From: Zootoca vivipara
Taxonomy: Eukaryota
Assembly: GCF_963506605.1 (NCBI RefSeq)
Contig: NC_083277.1
Span: 51,956,001 to 52,020,000, forward strand
Length of the DNA: 64,000 nt
Direction of reading: 5' to 3'
In this document: one piece after another, positions 50,201 through 60,909 of the stretch
Layout: each line of letters begins with the position of its first letter
Position numbering within the stretch: position 1 is the stretch's first letter
Position numbers and translations under genes: made by a program
The notes under the pieces: model-generated
Seen by the model: only the letters and a program-made list of their open reading frames with translations
Told to the model about the DNA's origin: nothing
The model's database searches: none

Positions 50201-53200
50201 CCACAGCAAACTATGGCAAGTTCTTAAAGAAATGGGAGTGCCTGATCACCTCATCTGTCTCCTGAGAAATCTCTATGTGGGACAAGAAGCTACAGTTAGA
50301 ACTGGATATGGAACAACTGATTGGTTCAAAATTGGGAAAGGAGTACGACAAGGTTGTATATTGTCTCCCTGCTTATTTAACTTATATGCAGAATTCATCA
50401 TGCGAAAGGCTGGACTAGATGAATCCCAAGCCGGAATTAAGATTGCTGGAAGAAATATCAACAACCTCAGATATGCAGATGACACAACCTTGATGGCAGA
50501 AAGCGAGGAGGAATTAAAGAACCTTTTAATGAGGGTGAAAAAGGAGAGCGCAAAATATGGTCTGAAGCTCAACATCAAAAAAACCAAGATCATGGCCACT
50601 GGTCCCATCACCTCCTGGCAAATAGAAGGGGAAGAAATGGAGGCAGTGAGAGATTTTACTTTCTTGGGCTCCTTGATCACTGCAGATGGTGACAGCAGTC
50701 ACGAAATTAAAAGACGCCTGCTTCTTGGGAGAAAAGCAATGACAAACCTAGACAGCATCTTAAAAAGCAGAGACATCACCTTGCCGACAAAGGTCCGTAT
50801 AGTTAAAGCTATGGTTTTCCCAGTAGTGATGTATGGAAGTGAGAGTTGGACCATAAAGAAGGCTGATCGCCGAAGAATTGATGCTTTTGAATTATGGTGC
50901 TGGAGGAGACTCTTGAGAGTCCCATGGACTGCAAGAAGATCAAACCTATCCATTCTTAAGGAAATCAGCCCTGAGTGCTCCCTGGAAGGACAGATCGTGA
51001 AGCTGAGGCTCCAATACTTTGGCCACCTCATGAGAAGAGAAGAATCCTTGGAAAAGACCCTGATGTTGGGAAAGATTGAGGGCACTAGGAGAAGGGGACG
51101 ACAGAGGACAAGATGGTTGGACAGTGTTCTCGAAGCTACGAACATGAGTTTGACCAAACTGCGGGAGGCAGTGGGAGACAGGAGTGCCTGGCGTGCTATG
51201 GTCCATGGGGTCACGAAGAGTCGGACACGACTAAACGACTAAACAACAAGTACTGTATAAACACTGACAACTGGGAAACACTGGCCTGCGAGCGCTCCAG
51301 TTGGAGAACAGCCTTTACCAAAGGTGTCATGGGCTTTGAAGACACTCGAACTCAGGACGCAAGGGAGAAACATGCTAAGAGGAAGGCATGCTTGGCAAAT
51401 CCACACCGTGATCAACTCCCGCCCGGAAACCTATGTCCCCACTGTGGAAGGACGTGTGGATCCAGAATTGGCCTCCACAGTCACTTATGGACTCATTGTT
51501 AAAACCGTTTTTATGGAAGACAATCTTACTTGGCCACAAGTGATCGCCAAAGAAGAAGAAGTATAGCTAAACAACAGTGGCATAGTGCTGAATTGTCAAA
51601 CATCCAAGCGTTGAAACTGGGATAGTTACAGTTAAAATCTAACAATGCATATTCTTGTTAATTAGTAAGTCTGGAGGCCAATGGCCACAGAGCTATTAAT
51701 TACTAAATGGGCAGCCTTAGACCATAGGAATGTAACTGGTGGGGAGAGAGCTCTGTGTGATGTCATTTCCCCTGTTTCCAGTGGCAGGAAGAAATGAGAC
51801 ATATGTTGTGCTCTCTCTCTCTCTTTGTCCCTTTGTACCATGCTTTTGATGGAGATAGTTGTCTGTCTGTGTTCTCCCCATGTGCAGACATAGTTGAATC
51901 TTATAATTTAACTATGAATTTTGTAACCTAGAAGTATTTTTACCTGCATTGTTTTTGCTGGTGCTTGTTGAAAATGAGTGCAAGACTTTAAATAAGCATT
52001 ATTTTTAACTTACTTTACAGTTTTTGTTTTGATTATTTTTCCAAGTATGGTAACTATAAAGGGGGAAGCCAGCTTGCTTCAAAACTGGATTTAAATAGTT
52101 TTTGCAGCCTTTGCTTAGCTTCTATTTTTTCTGCCAAGGGATAGTAATCTGAAACTCTGACCAGCTAACTTTCTAAGTGCAAATGCTAAGCTGATTATTT
52201 TAAACGTTTAAATCCCAAACACATGGGGAGACTGGAAGGATAATTGTAATTAATATATCCTCTCCTACCTACTAAATCTGTCCCACAAGAGAAACAGCCA
52301 GTGCAATTGATAGTTGACAAGTATAAAGTGATGCATATTGGGTTTTTAAAACCTATGTGCTAGTGGGGCTTGAATTGGTGGTCATTGTCCAGGAAATAAT
52401 TCTTTGTCAAGGTAGATAGATTAACAAAAATGCCAACCCCAGTGTGCAGTAGCTATATAAAAAGAGGAATTCCATATTCGGGCTCATTTAGGGAAGGGAG
52501 TGAATATAAAATTTCCAATATCATAATGCCCTTATAAAAATTGATGTGCAGCCACACATCAACTATTATGTACAATTCTCATTCCTTCATCTCAAGAAGG
52601 CTATTGTAGACCTGGAAAAGGTGCAGAAAAGGGAAACCAAAATTAGCAAGGGGCTGGAACAGTTTAGTTTAGAAAAAAACATACAAGAAAGGAGTAGGAC
52701 ATGATAGAAGTATAGAAAATTATCCAGGGTGTAGATGAAAGTGGATAGAGAGAATTCTTTCTCCTTCTCTCTTACTACTTGAACCCAGAGTCATCCAATG
52801 AAGCTGTATGTTGAAAGATTTAGGAAAGACCAAAAGAAGTCCTCTTTCACCACCATGTGATGCAGTAAAGGCCACCAACCTGGGCAATTTTGAAGGAGAT
52901 GTTGATAAATCCATGAAGGAGAAAGCAGTCAGTGGCTACTAGTCACGATGGTTGTGTACAGAAGTGGTTTGCACAGTGGGCTGCACTGCGGAACCGCCCT
53001 CCTGACACCAGCATTGCTGCCCCTTAACAGGACAGTGCAGGGGCAGGATAGCAGCAGGCTTGGGGCTTCACAGGCTCCCCAGCAGGAGCACCAGAGTAGC
53101 CCCAACCTCACTATTGCCTTGTCCTGTCACCACACTGTAAACAGCAGCAACACCAGCGTTGGGAGGGTGGCTCTTCAGCATCACCCCACTGCGCCAACCA

Positions 53201-56200
53201 GTGATGAACTGCTGAATACCAGTTGCTTGGGAGCACAAGTGGGGAGAGTGGTGTTGCGCTCATGTCCCGTGAGCTTCCCATAGGTATGTTGTTGGCTGCT
53301 GTGTGAACAGGATGCTAGATAATCCATTGGAACAGCTAAGCATGTGGGCCTCAATGCTCTTATTCAGCATGTTGGCCTAATTTAGCTAACTGTAATACTG
53401 ATGTAATATCAGTGATGCATAGTTTTCCTTTGCAGGGCCAATACCGCAATTCACTTTACGACGAATGGATAAGTAAGCTTGAAACGTATAATGTTCCACA
53501 CACGAAAGAACCAAACCTGATAGCCACACTTGGAGACCCAGTGAAAATCCGATCATGGCAGGTAATGTTAACAGTGTACACTGACTGAATTGTTTTGAAA
53601 TGTGTTCCCGTGCTTTGAATACCTTTAACATGTGGGGCTGAATCCTAGCGATGTGGACATGGCTTTGGTTTCCCGGGCCCTAATTCAATTGTAGACAAAA
53701 CTCCAGAAGTGAATCAAATAATAACTATACAATAGACTGCACTGCACACCTCACCTTGTCCTCTCCTCCACTAGCAGAAGTTTAAATTATGGAAAATTTG
53801 CTTGATTGACATATTTTGCACAGGTTACATCAATTCATTTTCCTTGCTGCAGAACATACGTTATTGCCAGTGCAGTTTTGTTTAGGGGCAGAGTATGCAG
53901 AATTTGTGTTTACTGTTAAAATGATGTGTTATTATTCAGATTGCAGGTCTACCCAATGATACTTTGTCTGTGGAGAATGGAATGATAACCCAGTTCTCTC
54001 AGCGCTGGACTCTCTTTATAGACCCCCAGGGACAAGCCAACAAATGGATAAAAAACTTGGTAAGGGCTTCTGCTTCTCCAAAGTCATTAATCCAGTTCAG
54101 TGGTACCAGGGGATTTGGTACCCCATCCTATCTCTTGAGATTGAAGTTCTGTTCCTATAAAGGCATGTTGTTTACATCTCACTGTTAAAATTCCCAGTTT
54201 GCAAACTATAAATGCAAATGTAAAAAGATACACACCCTTGTTATCTGAATCTTCTAATTATCTTATTATTACTATTTTTTAAAAAAAATCTGCTCTTTCC
54301 TTCATGAAATGATGGAAATATGGTTTAAGAATGTTAAAGCAGAAAACCAAACTTCATGGGTTTGAAGATTCAGCTTCCAATTCCGAGTATTGATTTTGCA
54401 ATGTGAAAAGCTGTGATCAAAAAGCAAAAGCAGAACGGGGCATTGAACTGTTATCATGAAGAAATATGAGCAGTGAAAGGTGTTATCACACAAGTGTTCC
54501 TTTTGATTGCTTTCACACATTGGAGAGTTGAGTCGCAGGTCTGGGTGTTTGCTGTGTTCAATTTATTAACAAAGTGGATGCTTATACTCAGATTTCTCCA
54601 CCCCCACCCCATGTCTCTTTTAATCAATTTTCCATTTGTTGTTCCACATTCACACAAGCAGGCCCCCACTTATCACCTGTACTGAGTTTCTCTGCACCAC
54701 CTCTGTTTTTCAGGAGAGAGATAGTGGGTTAGATACATCTAAGCTCAGTGATCGGGACTTCCTGCGCAGCTTGGAGAATGCCATTCGTTTTGGAAAGCCG
54801 TTCCTACTGGAGAATGTTGGCGAAGAACTGGATCCGGCCCTTGAACCTGTCCTGCTAAAACAGGTGCCTCTGATTTGTCTGTGCCTGTCTGATAAAATAT
54901 TAGCAGGCATTGGCAACTTTTCTGCTGTCAGCACTGAGTGAAGGGGCTACCCTAATGTTGGAGTGCCTTTCATCTTTAAGAACTGGCATCTTCTGTGTGA
55001 ATAGGGGTTACAAAGGTGAAAATTTGTAGTTGAGAAGCTTTGGGAGGTAGGAGAAGGCTTACTTCTTCCCCTGACAGCTGGTTTTGCCTCTACAGTGGTA
55101 CCTCGGGCTAAGAACTTAATTCATTCTGGAGGTCCATTCTTAATCTAAAACTGTTCTTAACCTGAGGTACCACTTTAGCTAATGGGGCCTCCTGCTGCCG
55201 CCGTCGCGCGATTTCTGTTCTCATCCTGAAGCAAAGTTCTTAAGCCGAGGTACTATTTCTGGGTTAGCGGAGTCTGTAACCTGAAGCGTCTGTAACCCGA
55301 GGTACCACTGTATTGGCTGCTGCTCCCGTTATCATCCATAAAATGAAGAGAAATGCTTGTTAATATGCTGGACCAACTGGGACTAGGAAGCAGCTTTGAT
55401 GCTGAGACATGCAAATCTGTCTTCTGGTTGTGGATTGATACTAGCCCAGAAATCCTGCAAAAATCCATTCTGGCCTCATCATTGCCATCTACTTTTGCCC
55501 ACCCCAAGCCACACTATCCGTACACTCTCAACAACATGAATTTGTTGGACAGAGTTGGCTATGAAAGTTGTGGTACTATCTGTTACAGAATTGTGTCTCT
55601 TTTGTTTGCATAGATGTTTGTTGCTTCTTCTTTTTACTTGTTTCCCTGATACACAGACCTATAAGCAGCAAGGTAGCACAGTGTTGAAGCTTGGAGACAC
55701 AATCATTCCATACCATGAGGACTTCCAGATGTACATCACCACCAACCTACCTAATCCCCACTACACACCAGAGCTATCCACCAAACTTACGCTGATTAAC
55801 TTCACCCTATCCCCCAGGTAACACCAGCTCTACTTTTCATTGCTGATCCCAGCAAGTGTTCTGATACTCTCCTTGGGCTTAAAAGTCCTCCACTTTAATC
55901 ACGTCAGTTGCTTTTCCCCACCTGTAGGTCTGAGTGAGAGGTTGCATCCCATCAATCTTGATAGATGGAACTGTGAATTTGAGCCCTGCTGGGCATGCAG
56001 TTTGCAGCTGGGGAAAGTCTGAAACCAAGCTCAAATAGAACATGAAGGTTCCATATGACCCTTTGTTGTTCAAATTGTAATATGTGTGGTTACTTTTTCT
56101 TTTTACAGTGGCTTAGAGGATCAGCTGCTAGGCCAAGTGGTAGCTGAAGAGCGGCCTGACTTGGAAGAGGCCAAGAACCAGTTGATCGTCAGTAATGCCA

Positions 56201-59200
56201 AGATGCGACAGGAGCTGAAGGAGATAGAAGATCAGATCCTGTACCGCTTGAGCTCTTCTGAGGGGAACCCTGTTGATGATCTGGAGCTTATCAAAGTGTT
56301 GGAGGCATCCAAGCTAAAAGCAGGGGAGATTCAGGTTGGTGACTGATCTGCACTTCCACTGCAGCCTGTCAGCTGTTTGCTTTGACTTAATATGGAATGG
56401 TGCATTTTGTCTCAGTCTTGAATCTCCTGCAGGCCAAAGTGAAGATAGCTGAACAAACAGAGAAGGATATTGACATCACCCGGCTGGAGTATGTGCCTGT
56501 GGCTGTCCGCACCCAGATCCTCTTCTTCTGTGTCTCAGACTTGTCCAATGTCGATCCAATGTACCAGTATTCATTGGAATGGTTCCTCAACATATTTCTG
56601 ACGGGAATTGCAAACGCTGAGAGAGCAGGTACCTCTGATAATGTGCTGTGTGTGAAGAGAATCCCATCCCAAACCCCTCAGTCTCACTTAGAACTATAGA
56701 ACTGTAGTTCGCATGTTCAGAGTTTCTAAAGTATTATGTTAGCATAGTAAAGTTGTTAGCCATAGGATAGTAACCTCAGCAAAGTAAAAATGTAATATAT
56801 TGGTATCCCAAATGCTATACTGTGTATCCTGTTATGTTAGTTACAAGCCATCTCAAAATGAATAGGTGGTCTTGCAGTTCTTCTGGAAGATGTTCAGGCT
56901 TTCGAAGGATTGGAGATTTGTTCATCCTTGCATTTCAATATCCAGTAGAGCTCAGCATAGCTGCCAAGTTATCCCTTTTTTTAAGGGATTTTCCCTTATG
57001 CTGAATAGGCTTCCTCGCGAGAAAAGGGAAAACTTGGCAGCTATGGAGCTCAGTGCTGGAATAAAATTAGCACACAAACCTTTCAGGTGAAACTCTGAAA
57101 ATTAGAATATCGTCAAAAAGTGCATTTATTTCAGTAATGCAACTCATTATTTTTTTATTTTCTTTTAATTTTTACAAATGCTTTCTTTTGGAAATTCCTC
57201 AGTAATAAAACAAATAGTTACAGTAATACAAAAATAAACATTGCCATTACATTTCATTAATTACATTCCATTTATAATTGACCCACCTAACGTCAAATAA
57301 TTACAATTACAACAAATAAAGGCTTGACATATCTTGCTTTGCATATCATGCATCTATCTCATATATTGGTTTCGCCTTTTAAGTTGCATTACTGAAATAA
57401 ATGCACTTTTCTACAATATTCTAATATTCCAAGTTTCACCTGTACTCATTATGGATCATAATCAGCCCCGACTAGCTTATTGCCAGAGTTGCAGAATCTC
57501 AATGAACTTCAGCTTGATCCCAAATTATTTCTGTACGGGGTTCAGAGAAAAAAATCCACTTTACTGAATCTGTAAAGAGGGTCATCATTTCAGGTGGTGG
57601 TGGCAACATTCAGCCATTTATGCTGTAGAACTAGTATGTAATCCAGAGATGCAGGTGTTCCTGATGCCATCTGCCTTCCCTCACCATATCTAAATTGTTC
57701 TACTGTCAAGCTCTGTATGAGAGAATTCTTTTAAATCACTAGCTTTTAACTTGGTATCCTTATCAGTGCAAAGCACTTGGCTTTTAAATGGCCTTCAGCC
57801 ATCCTAGCAGTTTTTATTTCTTCAGGCAGTGTTCAGTATGCCAGCACCAGGCAGGAAGCAGGAGAAGTTTTTTCTGGCTCACTAGCATGGGCCTAAGCCC
57901 TCTTGAATAATGAACACAGTGCTAAAGCGTATGGCAGTATTGTGGGTCATTTCCTCCTACTTGCTGTCTGCATTGTTATTTTGTGATTGCTTATTTTCAG
58001 ACACCCTAAAGAAGCGAATAGCAAATATCAATAAGTACCTCACCTTCAGCCTCTACAGCAATGTGTGTCGGAGCCTCTTTGAGAAGCACAAGCTCATGTT
58101 TGCGTTTCTGGTCTGCATTCGGATCATGATGAATGAAGGCAAAATAGACATGGTCAGTGAAACTGCGTCCTCGGACCCTTTTAAGCAAGTATCTGTACGA
58201 TCGTGAACTGCTGTGAGACTGCTTTTCGAAGCATGTCACTATGCACTGTACAACAAACATGTCTTAAAGCATAGCCCATTGATATAATGCAGCATCACCT
58301 ACTAAAATTGGTTGAAGGCACCACCCTGTGTTTCATTGGTGGCACAGAATGTGCAGATGTCAGAATATAGGCATCTGGGAAACCTGATTATGCCAGGTGT
58401 GTGTGTGTGTGTGAAAGATGCGTGTATGACAACCACCTACTAACTTGATTCTAACTCTCTTTCTGTGAATGGAACATAATTCATGGAATGAGGCATTCCA
58501 CCTTCCCTTTCCCTCTGCAGCTCAATGAACTCCCTGTTATGAGGGTGAGGTGGCTGGGTCACCCTTGGGATGGGATATGGGGGGCTGTTTCAGATGGAAG
58601 GGGGAAATGACAAGCACCCACTTCCCTTTACCTGAGCAGAGGAGCATCTGTTTGCTGCAGAAAACATCCATGTAATGTTTGTGTTCCCCATAGCAGTTGC
58701 AACTTGTAGAGCTACTGCTACGGTGTGTTTCCAGACATATATTCCTGGGGCAAATCCATAAAGGTAAAGGGGCCCCTGACCATCAGGTCCAGTTGTGTCC
58801 GACTCTGGGGTTGCGGCGTTCATCTCGCTCTATAGGCCGAGGGAGCTGGCGTTTGTCCGCAGACAGCTTCTGGGTCATGTGGCCAGCATGACAAAGCTGC
58901 TTCTGGCGAACCAGAGCAGCGCACGGAAACACCGTTTACCTTCCCGCCGGAGCGGTTCCTATTTATCTACTTGCACTTTGATGTGCTTTCGAACTGCTAG
59001 GTGGGCAGGAGCTGGGACCGAGCAACGGGAGCTCACCCCATTGCAGGGATTCGAACCGCCGACCTTCTGATCAGCAAGCCCTAGACTCTGTGGTTTAACC
59101 CACAGCACACTAAAGCACATCCAACACACATTTAAAGCACATGACCTCCCCCCCCCCCAAAAAAAGAATCCTGGGAACTGTAAAACTACAAATCCCAGCA

Positions 59201-60871
59201 TCCTTAACAAACTAGTGTCACTGAATGTTACGTTTCTGGGAAGGGGGAGCAGTATTACATACCTTTGTTCTTAAACCTTCTGTGACCGGTGCAGAAATGT
59301 CCTCACAAACATACCTTATGGAAGTGATGGTTGCCCCAACAATTTATCACGCTGACTGGTCCCTCGTCAAGAGTCTGTAAACATTTTGACAAGCCTGCCA
59401 TCTGTGGGCCAGAGAGGTGGACACCTCCATACATTGGCACTTCTGGCCATGGTTCATGGAAGGAAAATTCACAAGCAGAAAGTCTAATTCTTTCTATCTA
59501 TTATTTGTGATTTTTTTTTTTTTTTACATTCAGGATGAATGGCGATACCTAATTTCAGGTGGTGCAGTTAAGACCATGCGAGATAATCCAGCTCCTGCAT
59601 GGTTATACGAAAGAGCATGGAATGATATCTTGGCCTTGACCAACCTACACAATTTTTCCAGCTTTGCAGATGATTTTGTGGCAAATCTGAATGGTTTCCG
59701 AGCAATTTTTGATAGTGCAGAACCTCACAGGTGACGTTTCCCCTTCAGTTCCCAGTAGGGTTGTAGGTACTGTACTGTACTGGTTTTTGTTTGGCTCTGC
59801 CTTCCCTTCCCCATCCCTCACCCCCGTTCCTTGCCAATGGTAATTCTGCCAGAAGATGGCTAGAGATGTGTTACTGACCTTGCCAGCTCCTTAAAAACAT
59901 CAGAAGAACCCTGCTGGCTCAGGCCAAAGGCCCAGCCAGTCCAGCATCCTGAAAGTGGCCAACCAGATGCTATGGAAACTCCTGAGCAGGACCTGAGAGT
60001 AGCAGCATTCTGCTCACCTATGATTCCTAGAATCTGGTGTATGGAGCCATATTGCCTCCAGCAGTGGAGGTGGAGCACAGCCATCAAGTGATCTGTCACA
60101 AAGATTGATCCCATTATAGCTGCCACACGAAAGCCACTCTGAGAAGCCTGTCGTCTTGCCCTACACCGGTCACATTTTCAATGTGAAATGTGAAAACCTG
60201 ACACAGCCCTTTCCTCTCTTGCAGGGAGCAACTGCCTGGCAAGTGGGATGCCACATTAGATGCCTTCCAGAAGTTGCTGGTCCTCCGTTGCCTGCGAGGG
60301 GACAAAGTCACCAATGCAATGCAGGACTTTGTGGCTGCCAACTTGGGGCAAACCTTCATTGAGCCTCAGGTAGCTACCAGCAGTTGAGCGTGGGTGGTAG
60401 GAGGGGTGAGCAGATAGATGTTTGGCAAAACCATCACCTCATAGTGTCTCATCCTGCCGCCTTCTTTCTCTGCCAAGCTCAAGTCTAGCCATGGCCTTAT
60501 TCCTAACACTAGATAGCAAAGCATAAGACGGGGAAACGCTGTGCACTGACTCTGAGCAAATATCTTCTCCATTGTCCACTACCAGTTCTTAATAGAAAAA
60601 TTCTGCCTTTATTCCCATTTCAGACTGCAAACCTCTCTCTGGTGTTTAAGGAATCTGCCGCTTCTACCCCTCTTATCTTCGTCCTCTCTCCTGGCACAGA
60701 CCCAGCTGCTGATCTCTATAAATTTGCTGAAGAAATGAAGTTTTCTAAGAAACTATCTGCAATCTCTCTTGGACAGGGACAAGTAAGTGCCCAGTGCTAT
60801 AGTGCTGTACACCCCTTAAAACATGGCTGATCCTCATTAATTGCTCTGTAGCTCTTTTCCGAAGAACTTCG

Positions 60872-60909
<38 letters not shown>

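Larger units (their letters stand above)
47776..51561 (+). mobile_element. Older 5'-truncated RTE-clade LINE (not Bov-B), split by Bov-B insertions at about 48403-51248
   Basis: Decayed [34 protein letters not shown] resumes as [20 protein letters not shown]; (GAA)n tail; 12-bp TSD TATAGCTAAACA (47764-47775, 51562-51573). Confidence 0.85.

Noticed and set aside
49205-51214. Minus-strand ORFs of 135-193 aa
   Set aside because: Antisense shadows of the Bov-B ORF
57143-57400. AT-rich blocks (also about 11770-12060) as possible LINE 3' ends
   Set aside because: No TSD or diagnostic motif could be established by eye
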